In this document: piece after piece, positions 1 through 8,502 of the stretch
Layout: each line of letters opens with the position of its first letter
Numbering within the stretch: the first letter of the stretch is position 1
NCBI GenBank assembly: GCA_043758065.1
Contig: JAYVOE010000025.1
Coordinates: forward strand, 6,158 to 70,157
Source of the DNA: Spartobacteria bacterium
GTDB lineage: Bacteria; Verrucomicrobiota; Verrucomicrobiia; Chthoniobacterales; DASVRZ01
DNA length: 64,000 bases
Direction: 5' to 3'
Notes under the pieces: generated by a model
Told to the model about the DNA's origin: nothing
Database searches by the model: none
The model's input: only the letters and a program-made list of their open reading frames with translations
Position numbers and translations under genes: made by a program

Positions 1-839
1 AAACGCGCCGCGTGCTTTCCCGAAACGATTCCTTCGCCACCAGCTTCCACGCCCGTCATGCGAACTTCTTCATCGCCGAGAAATGGATAGAACAACCCGA
101 TCGCATTGCTGCCGCCGCCAACGCACGCGAGCAATAGGTCTGGAAGTCGATTCTCTTTTTCTAAAATCTGCCGCCGCGCTTCGTCGCCAATCACGCGATG
201 GAAATCGCGCACCATCATCGGATACGGATGCGACCCGTAAGCCGTTCCTAATATGTAATGCGTCGAGCGGACATTCGTCACCCAATCGCGCATCGCCTCA
301 TTCACCGCTTCCTTCAGCGTCGCCTGACCCGCCGTCACCGGCACGACCGTCGCACCGAGAAAACGCATCCGCGAAACATTCAGCGACTGACGCACCATGT
401 CCGTCGCGCCCATATAAATCACGCATTCACAGCCAAATCGCGCCGCTACCGTCGCCGTCGCCACGCCGTGCTGACCCGCTCCTGTTTCCGCAATGATGCG
501 TTTTTTGCCCATGCGATTCGCTAGCAAAATCTGGCCGATCGCGTTGTTAATTTTGTGCGCGCCGGTGTGCAGTAAATCTTCCCGCTTCAGATAAATCTTC
601 GCACCGCCCAGATGCTGCGTGAGCCGTTCGGCATGATACAGCGGCGTCGGGCGTCCGCAAAAATTGTGGAGCAAATCAGCTAGTTCCGCCTGAAACTCCG
701 GATCGACGCGAGCGCGATGATACTCCGCTGTTAAATCATTCAGCGCCGTCATCAGCGTCTCGGGGACAAACATTCCGCCGTATTCTCCGAAATGCCCAAA
801 CTCATCTGGCAACGTATCAAGTTGGGTCGCGGTGCTCAT
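1..839 (-). CDS. trpB: tryptophan synthase beta chain (partial; 3' end lies beyond the window edge)
   Basis: The minus-strand frame is open from the window edge to the ATG at 837-839; it is absent from the ORF track because it has no stop in the window. My translation is [30 protein letters not shown]...[15 protein letters not shown]...[12 protein letters not shown], which carries TrpB hallmarks including the PLP-lysine context. Confidence 0.9.
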   Translation of the reverse strand, partial: MSTATQLDTLPDEFGHFGEYGGMFVPETLMTALNDLTAEYHRARVDPEFQAELADLLHNFCGRPTPLYHAERLTQHLGGAKIYLKREDLLHTGAHKINNAIGQILLANRMGKKRIIAETGAGQHGVATATVAARFGCECVIYMGATDMVRQSLNVSRMRFLGATVVPVTAGQATLKEAVNEAMRDWVTNVRSTHYILGTAYGSHPYPMMVRDFHRVIGDEARRQILEKENRLPDLLLACVGGGSNAIGLFYPFLGDEEVRMTGVEAGGEGIVSGKHAAR

Positions 840-918
840 GGCGAAACTTTAACCGTGAATCTGGGTCGTTCCACACGAATGTTTGCAGCGCTCCAGCGTC
901 CGCGATAGAGAACAGGGA

Positions 919-1896
919 ATGAGTTTGCTGACCGCCGATTACGATTTCGAATTGCCCGACGATTTGATCGCGCGTTATCCGACCCCGGAACGCGATGGCA
1001 GTCGCATGTTGGTGGTTCATCGGAGTTCGGGCGAAATCACCCACGCGCAATTCCGCGATCTGCCGCAGTTTCTAACATCCGATGACCTGACGGTTTTGAA
1101 CAATGCGCGCGTGATTCCGGCGCGTGTTTTTTCCGATGACGGCCGCATCGAATTGTTAGTGCTCGATCCGCGACCCGACGGACATTGGCAATGCATGGTC
1201 AAGCCCGGGCGCAAGATGCGGCCCGGCCATTCCGTCACCATCGGCGGCTGCGTCGGTGACGTGCTCTCGATGTTAGAAGATGGCACGCGCGTAATCTATT
1301 TTCCGATCCAGCCGGACCTCGAAAAAGTCGGGACACTTCCGCTTCCACCCTATTTTGGACGCGAAGCGGAACCATCGGACTTGGAGCGATATCAGACCGT
1401 CTATGCGACTGCACCGGGAGCGGTTGCCGCGCCGACTGCAGGGCTGCATTTCACACCAGAAATGTTAGCAGAGTTGCCGCACTGTTTCGTGACGCTCCAT
1501 GTCGGTGCGGGAACTTTTCGCGGCGTGCATAATGACGACCTAACAGACCACATCATGCACTCTGAAAAATTCTGGCTGTCGCCCGAAGTTGCGTCCCAAA
1601 TCAATGCGGCGAAATCGGTTTTTGCCGTTGGCACTACGACCGTGCGCGTTTTGGAAAGCTGCGCGATGGAAGGAAAACTCCAGCCGGGTGAGGGCGAGAC
1701 GCAAATTTTCATTCACCCGCCATTTGAGTTTCAGGTGATTGATAAATTGTTAACCAACTTCCATCTGCCGCGCTCCACGTTGCTGATGTTAGTCTCCGCC
1801 TTCGCTGGGCGTGAATTGATATTAGAAGCCTACGCTCGCGCCATCGAAGCCAGATACCGCTTCTACTCCTATGGCGACTGCATGTTGCTGCTTTGA
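919..1896 (+). CDS. queA: S-adenosylmethionine:tRNA ribosyltransferase-isomerase
   Basis: ORF 883-1896. The conserved QueA N-terminus MSLLTADYDFELPDDLIARYP starts at ATG 919. The protein also contains TAGLHFT and GTTTVRVLES motifs. Confidence 0.9.
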   Translation: MSLLTADYDFELPDDLIARYPTPERDGSRMLVVHRSSGEITHAQFRDLPQFLTSDDLTVLNNARVIPARVFSDDGRIELLVLDPRPDGHWQCMVKPGRKMRPGHSVTIGGCVGDVLSMLEDGTRVIYFPIQPDLEKVGTLPLPPYFGREAEPSDLERYQTVYATAPGAVAAPTAGLHFTPEMLAELPHCFVTLHVGAGTFRGVHNDDLTDHIMHSEKFWLSPEVASQINAAKSVFAVGTTTVRVLESCAMEGKLQPGEGETQIFIHPPFEFQVIDKLLTNFHLPRSTLLMLVSAFAGRELILEAYARAIEARYRFYSYGDCMLLL

Positions 1897-2256
1897 TCTC
1901 CACTGGTATCGCGCCTTCCCTTATACACTCCCAGTTCCCTCCTTTCATTCGACCGTTAGGTGCTGCGCTCGCGGCTTACCCAGACCATGCGCCCTCCATT
2001 TGGCAGGGGATGGCCTACATCCGGCGAGGTTGCATCCGCTGCCTGGAAGCGGCCTTCGGCTTCCGCAGAAATCTCCCCTTTCTGCTCCGAAGCAGATGCG
2101 ACACTCCTCCCAGGCAGACGCGGGAGGATCGGGAGCAGAGCGCCTCCTTTCGCGAGAAGACCCGGCACCGCTGGGAGGCAGTGCCGGGTCTGGTCGTATG
2201 CAGACCGTGGTCTGCCGCTTTGTATCTGCAAAGCGTTGTTCGAGAGCTGTTTAGGA
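1897..2256. ncRNA. candidate structured non-coding RNA, class unknown
   Basis: This is a 360-nt GC-rich spacer between the convergent queA and the 160-aa gene, and it has no credible ORF. It holds several strong hairpins: 2159-2168/2181-2190 (10 bp perfect), 2105-2111/2122-2128, 2039-2068 and 2081-2096. The strand is undetermined. Confidence 0.3.
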
Positions 2257-2739
2257 CTATTTTGGAGCCGCCGGTGTCGCAGCCGAGGAGTCGCCCCCGC
2301 CGCGGCTGAGAAAGCGTAGGAGACCAGCGTCCAAGCCAGCGTCGAGGCCGTCTTCCTTGCCATTTTCTTTGAGGGTGCGGCGCAGATACAAGCCGGTGGC
2401 GAAGCGGTCGCTATCCACCAGCAACTTGGTGCTTTCCAGCTTGTCGGCCACCACGGCGAGGCGTTCGATGCGGACGGCGAGTTGCTCCGCCATCGTGTTG
2501 TCGTTTTCGAGCAGGACGGGGTTGTATTTGCCGGGCAGTAGATCGCTGTTGAGCGTGGCTGTCTTCTGAATGTTCGCGATAAATTCCTCGCCACCATCGG
2601 GCAGCTTGACCACGCGCGCCTTGTCTTTGGCCGAGAGCACGGAAAAGGTCTTTGTTAGTTCTTCGAGCGCATCAAGAGCCGCATCGAAGCTGGTGATCTC
2701 GTCAGCGGTATAGACCTTGTCGATTTTGTTTTGATTCAT
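2257..2739 (-). CDS. hypothetical protein (160 aa)
   Basis: ORF-track protein MNQNKIDKVYTADEITSFDAALDALEEL..., with plausible composition and a TAG stop. I recognise no family. Confidence 0.6.
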   Translation of the reverse strand: MNQNKIDKVYTADEITSFDAALDALEELTKTFSVLSAKDKARVVKLPDGGEEFIANIQKTATLNSDLLPGKYNPVLLENDNTMAEQLAVRIERLAVVADKLESTKLLVDSDRFATGLYLRRTLKENGKEDGLDAGLDAGLLRFLSRGGGDSSAATPAAPK

Positions 2740-2921
2740 GGAATGTGAGAAGCAGGAGCGTTTATGGTTGTGTTGGTGAATGACAAATTGGATGAATTCG
2801 CCGAAAAAGAACTACGGATCGCACCCACAAAGTGCCAGCTAAATATGGAGAAAAAACACACTCCTTCGAGCCTACTTAAGGACCCCGCGCGGAGCGTGGA
2901 GCTTCGGCTCGTTAGAGTGCA

Positions 2922-2950
2922 TCCCAATAAGAACAGGTTGCAGCAACCTG
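2922..2950 (-). terminator. possible intrinsic terminator after trmL
   Basis: On the minus strand CAGGTTG-CTG-CAACCTG (2934-2950) is followed by TTCTTATT. The loop is very tight. Confidence 0.35.
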
Positions 2951-2954
2951 CCAA

Positions 2955-3407
2955 CTATCCTGTTTGAATCTGGCGCAGAGATTCGTAGAGGACGATTCCG
3001 ACGCTGGTCGCGAGGTTCAGACTGCGCGCCTCCGGTTGCATGGGAATCGTCAGGCAATTTTCTGAGTGGAGTTCCAACAGACTCTCCGGCAGGCCTTTGG
3101 TTTCGCGTCCGAAGACGAGGTAGTCGCCTTTTTGGAAATGCGCCTGATGATAGATGCGCTGCGTTTTGGTGGTTAGGAAATACCAGTTAGCTTCACTGTT
3201 AGCAGCGGACTGGCAAGCGGGTAGATCGTCCCAGATGTGGAGATCGACATGGTGCCAGTAATCCATTCCAGCGCGTTTGAGTTGCTTGTCGTCGATGGTA
3301 AATCCGAGCGGACGAATGAGATGCAAGGTGGCTCCGGCGGCGAGACAGAGTCGCGCTATATTTCCCGTGTTAGGCGGAATCTCGGGCGAGACAAGGACGA
3401 CGTTCAT
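2955..3407 (-). CDS. trmL: tRNA (cytidine/uridine-2'-O-)-methyltransferase, SpoU/TrmL type
   Basis: A 150-aa SpoU-family protein. It has MNVVLVSPEIPPNTGNIARLC at the N-terminus and the C-terminal knot region LNLATSVGIVLYE. Confidence 0.85.
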   Translation of the reverse strand: MNVVLVSPEIPPNTGNIARLCLAAGATLHLIRPLGFTIDDKQLKRAGMDYWHHVDLHIWDDLPACQSAANSEANWYFLTTKTQRIYHQAHFQKGDYLVFGRETKGLPESLLELHSENCLTIPMQPEARSLNLATSVGIVLYESLRQIQTG

Positions 3408-3418
3408 CTGAATAGGAT

Positions 3419-3436
3419 GGAACTCGAATGAAAAAT
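3419..3436 (+). repeat. interspersed motif copy GGAACTCGAATGAAAAAT
   Basis: Read directly. Intergenic, between trmL and the RRM-gene terminator. Confidence 0.8.
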
Positions 3437-3443
3437 CGAAAAC

Positions 3444-3475
3444 AAAAAACCCGCCATCGGTGAGGATGACGGGTT
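3444..3475 (-). terminator. intrinsic terminator of the RRM-protein gene
   Basis: The stem pairs 3450-3458 with 3465-3473 (9 bp, 1 mismatch). On the minus strand it is followed by TTTTTT (reverse complement of 3444-3449). Confidence 0.6.
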
Positions 3476-3484
3476 GGTTGTTAG

Positions 3485-3513
3485 TTTTTTTCAGTCGAGT
3501 TGCAGTGAACTCT
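3485..3513 (-). repeat. interspersed motif copy, long 3'-UTR form (GAGTTCACTGCAACTCGACTGAAAAAAA on the minus strand)
   Basis: Read directly. It starts 4 nt after the RRM-gene stop and lies upstream of its terminator. Confidence 0.8.
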
Positions 3514-3515
3514 TG

Positions 3516-4220
3516 TTAGGACTCGCTGCGTTCGGCAGTCTTGGCGCCGCTGACGGTCAGCTTGCGGCCCATGAATTCCTTGTCGTGAAGTTCGACCACG
3601 GCGCGTTTGGCTTCGTCGATCGTTTCCATGGTGACGAAGGCGAAACCTTTCGATTTCTGCGTGTAGTTATTGCTGACCACTTCGGCGTTGCGCACTTTTC
3701 CCACTCCGTTAAAGAGATCGAAGAGATCGCTTTCCCCGGCGTCGAACGAGAGGTTGCCCACGTAGAGTTTCGACGAGGTGACTTCGACGATCTCGATGGA
3801 ACGTGGAGCGCGTTCTTCGCGTGGAGCGCGCTCCGGCGGATTCGACTGCGACTCCGTTGACGAATTTTCGTCCGACGATTCACGGTCAGGACGCGTCTCT
3901 CTGCGGCGATAACTATCCGATGGACGTCCGCTTTCGGAACGTTCGCGGCGCTCGTAGGCTTGCTCGGTCGGGTGAACCGAACGAGGTGCCGACGCTGGAG
4001 CGGCGGGTTTTTTCCCGGTGAAAAGCGCCACGATCTTTTGCCAAAGAGTCAGCGGCTTTGCGGCGCGGGTTTCACGATTTCCGTAGTTGGAACGTTCTGG
4101 ACGTCCATCCCGGCGGGGACCGTTGTTATTGCGGCGCGGGCCGCGGTTGCCTCCGCGACGACCGCCATTGCGATCTTCACGATTATTTTGCGAACTGTTT
4201 TCATTCATAGCTGTGTTCAT
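3516..4220 (-). CDS. RNA-binding protein with a C-terminal RRM domain and a long R/G/E/S/N-rich N-terminal region
   Basis: RNP2/RNP1 motifs are present (KLYVGNLSF ... KGFAFVTM). They follow ~150 aa of low-complexity RGG/RRE-type sequence. The start is ambiguous (ATG at 4250, 4220 or 4208). Confidence 0.75.
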   Translation of the reverse strand: MNTAMNENSSQNNREDRNGGRRGGNRGPRRNNNGPRRDGRPERSNYGNRETRAAKPLTLWQKIVALFTGKKPAAPASAPRSVHPTEQAYERRERSESGRPSDSYRRRETRPDRESSDENSSTESQSNPPERAPREERAPRSIEIVEVTSSKLYVGNLSFDAGESDLFDLFNGVGKVRNAEVVSNNYTQKSKGFAFVTMETIDEAKRAVVELHDKEFMGRKLTVSGAKTAERSES

Positions 4221-4461
4221 ATAGGTGTGTGAATATGACAAAGCGCACACTGGATGCTGACTCCGCGGGAGTGCGTCGGGAGCCGAATGCTCGCGTGCGA
4301 CAAGGCGGAGTCTTTGTCAAAGAACCGGCGTCCACCGTGTGGCCATCTATCGCGCCGGAAATTTTCCTGCCCAGTGAGAATGGCACGCGTCGGTGCCGGA
4401 AGGCCGAGTATGTAACACACACGACGCCCCATCGCAAGCGAGTGATACCGATGGAACTCCC

Positions 4462-5340
4462 ATGAAAAAAAACTGGGACGACGTCTTCGTCATCGCCGGG
4501 CCGACTGCAAGCGGAAAATCCACGTTGGCCGTCGACCTGGCGGAACGTTGGAACGCGGAAATCATCAGTGCCGACGCCTACCAAATCTATCGCGGACTGG
4601 CCATCCTCACAGCGCAACCTAACTCCGCTGAAAAATCCCGCGTGCGGCATCACCTCGTCGACGTGCTCGACCCAATGGCAGAATTCAGCGCGGCGGATTT
4701 TGCACGTTTGGCGCAGACTGCGTTGGAGGATATTCGTTCGCGAAACAAATCCGCCCTAGTCGTCGGCGGTGCGGGATTTTATCTGGAAGCGCTCTTCGAC
4801 GGCCTGCCGGAAACACCACCGCCCGATGAATCGATTCGCACTCGACTGAGAAATTTGTCGCTGCCGGAAATGATCGAAGAGCTGCGTGAGTTCGATCCAA
4901 CTGCATTGGAAATCGTCGATCTAAAAAACCCACGCCGAGTCCAGCGCGCGTTGGAAATCGTTAGCATAACCGGAAAGCCGTTCGCCTCATTTCAACGCGA
5001 GCCGGATCATTCCGTGCGCGGTCTGGTGCTCGATGTATCGCGCGAAATTTTGCACGACCGTATCGAACAACGCATCGATGTGATGTTGCAAAACGGAGCC
5101 ATCGACGAAGCCCGCACGCTCGGCCCGCGCAGCGCCACCTGCGGAAAATCCATCGGAGTTGCAGAGATATCTGCGTTTCTCGCGGGCGAGATTTCATTCG
5201 ATGAATGCCGCGAGCGAATCGTCATCGCGACGCGGCAATACGCCAAACGCCAGCGCACCTGGTTTCGCAATCGCGCGCGATGGGATTTCGTCGCGCCCGA
5301 AGCCGCGCTAGATTTCGCTCTCACTCGACTGAAAATTTAG
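4462..5340 (+). CDS. miaA: tRNA dimethylallyltransferase
   Basis: MKKNWDDVFVIAGPTASGKS (P-loop) begins at ATG 4462. The track ORF 4393-5340 has an implausible 23-aa extension. Confidence 0.9.
   Translation: MKKNWDDVFVIAGPTASGKSTLAVDLAERWNAEIISADAYQIYRGLAILTAQPNSAEKSRVRHHLVDVLDPMAEFSAADFARLAQTALEDIRSRNKSALVVGGAGFYLEALFDGLPETPPPDESIRTRLRNLSLPEMIEELREFDPTALEIVDLKNPRRVQRALEIVSITGKPFASFQREPDHSVRGLVLDVSREILHDRIEQRIDVMLQNGAIDEARTLGPRSATCGKSIGVAEISAFLAGEISFDECRERIVIATRQYAKRQRTWFRNRARWDFVAPEAALDFALTRLKI
4619..4636 (+). repeat. interspersed motif copy CTAACTCCGCTGAAAAAT (inside miaA, encodes NSAEK)
   Basis: Read directly. Confidence 0.8.
5321..5338 (+). repeat. interspersed motif copy TCACTCGACTGAAAATTT (last codons of miaA)
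   Basis: Read directly. Confidence 0.8.
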
Positions 5341-5391
5341 GTCGCCGATTCCGTTGCGCGGACGGAAGCAGATGCGAAGCTACCGGCCTTC

Positions 5392-6360
5392 ATGAGTTGG
5401 TTTTCGTTCAATCCGCACGATTTCAGCATCTCGTTTCTCAGCATCCTTTTCGAGGGCGTGCCCTACCTTTTTCTCGGCACGCTGCTTTCCGGTTTGATCG
5501 ACGCATTTCTGCCCGCGCAAGCGCTCGAACGCTGGCTGCCGAAGAACTCCGCGCTCGCCATCGGAGTTGCAGGCATATTGGGATTTTTCCTCCCGATGTG
5601 CGAATGCGGCGTCATTCCCGTCATCCGGCGGATGCTAAAAAAAGGCCTGCCGATTGGTCCGGCCGTCACGTATTTGCTCGCGTCGCCGATCATTAATCCC
5701 GTCGTCGCGCTCAGCACTTACGCGGCTTTTCGCGGACAAGAACCTGCCACGGTTTTGGCGTTTCGGATGATACTCGGATTTCTCATCGCGTGCACTTTCG
5801 GAGCCATCGTCCTGCGGCTCCCGAAGAAAAATATCCTTCTCCCGAGTCTGCTGGAACCCGAATCAAAAACCCGGCAGCCCAATCTTTTCGCCGCGATCCC
5901 CGACGACAACGCGACGCTGGAAAACCTTGCCGACACGGCACGGCCATCCGTTCGCAGCCGACTTCTGGCCGCATTGCGAACCGCGTCCTTCGATTTTCTG
6001 GACGTCGCATTTTACCTGATCATCGGCGCGATGTTGGCGGCGCTTTTCAACACCGCGATCAATCGCGAGCAAGTCATCCAACCGCTCGCCGCCAATCTCT
6101 GGCTGGCGACCTATTCGTTGGAAAGTCTCGCCGCCGTTCTCTCGCTTTGCAGCACGAGCGACGCTTTTATCGCTGCCAATTTCGTCGCCTTTCCGCTCGC
6201 CGCCAAACTCGCCTTTCTCGTTCTCGGCCCGATGATGGACGTCAAACTTTTCCTCATGTATGGTCTGGTTTTCCGCAAAAAATTCACCATCGCCATGGCT
6301 GCGAGCCTCTTCATTGGCATCGGACTCCTCTGTATTTTTCTCGCCCAAACGTTGCCTTAG
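5392..6360 (+). CDS. multi-pass membrane permease (COG0701/ArsP-like, CECG motif)
   Basis: 322 aa and strongly hydrophobic, with the motif LPMCECGVIPVIRRM. Confidence 0.75.
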   Translation: MSWFSFNPHDFSISFLSILFEGVPYLFLGTLLSGLIDAFLPAQALERWLPKNSALAIGVAGILGFFLPMCECGVIPVIRRMLKKGLPIGPAVTYLLASPIINPVVALSTYAAFRGQEPATVLAFRMILGFLIACTFGAIVLRLPKKNILLPSLLEPESKTRQPNLFAAIPDDNATLENLADTARPSVRSRLLAALRTASFDFLDVAFYLIIGAMLAALFNTAINREQVIQPLAANLWLATYSLESLAAVLSLCSTSDAFIAANFVAFPLAAKLAFLVLGPMMDVKLFLMYGLVFRKKFTIAMAASLFIGIGLLCIFLAQTLP

Positions 6361-6368
6361 ATTCCGCT

Positions 6369-6386
6369 CCAACTCCGATGAAAAAT
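6369..6386 (+). repeat. interspersed motif copy CCAACTCCGATGAAAAAT (contains the ATG at 6378)
   Basis: Read directly. Confidence 0.8.
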
Positions 6387-7259
6387 AAAATCGCCTCGGT
6401 TCTCGCTCCGATCACCCTGCTCGAATGGGGCGGCATTTTACTGTATTTCTACCTGAGCGGACGCCTCAGCGCATTCCTGCATCCGTCATTTCGCCCACAA
6501 GTTTTGATCGCCGGACTGGCGCTCGTCAGTTGCGGCGTGCTCTTGTTTCTCACCCGAAAACAAACCGCGATCTGCGAGTGCGGCATCGTCGAAAATTGCC
6601 CGGAACAAACGCGCTCGCCGCTGATCGCGAGCTGGCTTTTTCCCGTAATGCTTTTGCTCCCGCTCGCCATCGCAGCGTTGTTCACGCGCGACAGCTACGG
6701 AGCCAATATTTTGGCAACGCGCGGGATCGTGGAGAACGCCGCCGCTCTGCCGGGATTGGCCGACAAGATGAGTAAAACGCTTCCAAAAATTGTGTCGCCA
6801 ACCATCGAACCCGCGCTCCCAGATACAGCTGCAACTCCGCTGCAAACTGCGGAATCGACGGCGGAAGATTTTTTCAAACCCGACGCGAATGGCAACATCC
6901 AGGTGAACGTCGCGGATCTGCTTTACGCTGCTGCCGAGCCGACTTTGCGCGCGCCGTTCGCGGGCAAATCGGCCGAGATCATCGGCCAGTTCATGCCCGC
7001 GAAATCGAACAATGCAGCTGGGAATCGATTCAAACTCGTCCGTCTTTTTATGACCTGCTGCGCGGCCGACGCCCAGCCCGTTTCGCTTTTGATCGAGCAT
7101 GATGCCGCATTGCCGATTCCGGCAAAAGTGAGCGACATGGCCTGGACAAAAGTGATCGGCGATATCTCGTTTCCGTTGGAAAACGGACGCACGATCGCGG
7201 TGATCCACGCGAAGAAAATCGAGCCGGTCGATCCGCCGGATGAGACGATGCTTTACTAG
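6378..7259 (+). CDS. TIGR03943-like membrane protein, the usual partner of the preceding permease
   Basis: ATG 6378 (MKNKIASVLAPITLLEWGG...) is in frame within track ORF 5790-7259. It has N-terminal TM helices and a C-terminal FMTCCAADAQP motif. Confidence 0.65.
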   Translation: MKNKIASVLAPITLLEWGGILLYFYLSGRLSAFLHPSFRPQVLIAGLALVSCGVLLFLTRKQTAICECGIVENCPEQTRSPLIASWLFPVMLLLPLAIAALFTRDSYGANILATRGIVENAAALPGLADKMSKTLPKIVSPTIEPALPDTAATPLQTAESTAEDFFKPDANGNIQVNVADLLYAAAEPTLRAPFAGKSAEIIGQFMPAKSNNAAGNRFKLVRLFMTCCAADAQPVSLLIEHDAALPIPAKVSDMAWTKVIGDISFPLENGRTIAVIHAKKIEPVDPPDETMLY

Positions 7260-7333
7260 AAAAGCGCATCGATTTCCCCTCGCAAAATCCGTCGTAATCT
7301 GATTCCATTGCAGTTCGTCATGAACACTCCCCA

Positions 7334-7765
7334 ATGAAAGGCTGGCCGCTGCTTCGGGCATTCGTGACGTTGCTGGTGCTGCTTCTCGCGGGACTTCCAT
7401 TGCGCTCGTTGACGCGCGAAAAAGTGAGTCGAGTTGCAATCGATTCACCGGTTCCGGCGACGGAGAAATTGACAATCGATCTGACATTTACCCAGCCGCC
7501 GGAGACGTTTTCGCTGAAGTTTCTCGGCCAGGATGTGCTGGTCGGCGGCGACGAACCGGCGTTTGAAGCGGGCACCGTTTTCGATGCGCATTATCCGAAG
7601 GAAGGCATCGATCTGGTGTTCGACGGAACGTGGCCGAGTCGTTTTCAAAAAGTCGGCGTGAGCGTGAAAGTCACGCGCGGCGACGGCTCGGAACAGACCC
7701 AGACGATTTGGGGAAAACGGAATATTTTTGACGTCCTGACGTTTACCGGAAAGGAGCAACCCTGA
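7334..7765 (+). CDS. hypothetical exported/anchored protein (143 aa)
   Basis: It has an N-terminal hydrophobic segment (MKGWPLLRAFVTLLVLLLAGLPL) and overlaps the next gene by 1 nt (TGATG). Confidence 0.5.
   Translation: MKGWPLLRAFVTLLVLLLAGLPLRSLTREKVSRVAIDSPVPATEKLTIDLTFTQPPETFSLKFLGQDVLVGGDEPAFEAGTVFDAHYPKEGIDLVFDGTWPSRFQKVGVSVKVTRGDGSEQTQTIWGKRNIFDVLTFTGKEQP
7419..7437 (-). repeat. interspersed motif copy (GCAACTCGACTCACTTTTT on the minus strand)
   Basis: Read directly. Antisense within the 143-aa gene. Confidence 0.8.
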
Positions 7766-8502
7766 TGGCAAATCATCGTCTGATCGTTTCGGATTTGACG
7801 GTTTCCTACAACCGCGTTCCGGCGTTGCATCACATCGAATTTGAGACGTCGTGCGGAGAATGCGTCGCACTGATGGGACCGAATGGCGCGGGCAAGACGA
7901 CGCTCCTGAAAACGCTCGCCGGATTGCTGAAATCTGAGTCGGGTTCCATCGTATTCCACGGGCGGGAGATCGTTGGCGCGTCCACCGATTTCGCGTATTT
8001 GCCACAGCGCGAAAACATTGACTGGGATTTCCCACTGACCGTGCGCGGGCTGGTGGAAATGGGCCGTTATTTGCGCGTTGGCTGGGCGCGGCGATTTCGG
8101 AATCTGGATGACGCTGCCGTCGATGCGGCGATTGACCAAATGCAACTGGGCGACCTGCAAGCGCGGCAGATTTCCGCACTGTCGGGAGGTCAGCAGCAGC
8201 GCGCATTTCTAGCGCGTTCGCTCGCGCAGGAAGCGCATGTTTTTTTGCTGGATGAACCTTTTACCGGACTCGATGAACCGGCCCGCGCAAATCTTTCCGG
8301 GACGTTGCGAGATCTAGCGAAGGACGGGAAATTGATCATCGCGTCGCATCACGATTTATCCACGGTGAAGGGACTGTTTTCCGGGGTCTTGTTGTTGAAC
8401 GGCGAGCTGATTGCGGGCGGCAAAACGAGCACGGTATTCACGCGCAAAAATATTGAGCGGACTTACAGCACATTGGCGTTTTCAGGAAGGAAGCACGGAT
8501 GA
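7765..8502 (+). CDS. metal (Zn/Mn-type) ABC transporter ATP-binding protein
   Basis: Walker A GPNGAGKTT, signature LSGGQQQR and Walker B FLLDEP are present. This is the clearest of the few starts checked with a canonical SD (AAGGAG at 7750-7755). Confidence 0.85.
   Translation: MANHRLIVSDLTVSYNRVPALHHIEFETSCGECVALMGPNGAGKTTLLKTLAGLLKSESGSIVFHGREIVGASTDFAYLPQRENIDWDFPLTVRGLVEMGRYLRVGWARRFRNLDDAAVDAAIDQMQLGDLQARQISALSGGQQQRAFLARSLAQEAHVFLLDEPFTGLDEPARANLSGTLRDLAKDGKLIIASHHDLSTVKGLFSGVLLLNGELIAGGKTSTVFTRKNIERTYSTLAFSGRKHG

Noticed and set aside
1897-2256. Tested whether the structured spacer is RNase P RNA, tmRNA, SRP RNA or 6S RNA
   Set aside because: Neither strand has GAGGAAAGUCC or ACAGAA-CCGGCUUA (RNase P). 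There is no GGGG...UCCACCA acceptor and no tag ORF (tmRNA). Similarity to the SRP helix-8 sequence is only partial: GGAAGCGGCC versus GGAAGCAGCC, and CCGGAUGUAG versus CCGGGAUGUAG, without the GGAA-tetraloop hairpin. I cannot assign a class by eye.
4381-4397. A second sigma-54-like site, TGGCACgcgtcGGTGC; also CTGGCACtttgtGGGTGC on the minus strand at ~2829-2846
   Set aside because: The -12 GC is displaced by 1-2 nt from the strict spacing, and TTGC is not matched. The site at 4381 also forms a simple hairpin.
5790-6377. 196-aa N-terminal extension of track ORF 5790-7259
   Set aside because: It overlaps the permease gene out of frame and is Arg-rich. The conserved protein begins at ATG 6378, which is embedded in a motif copy.
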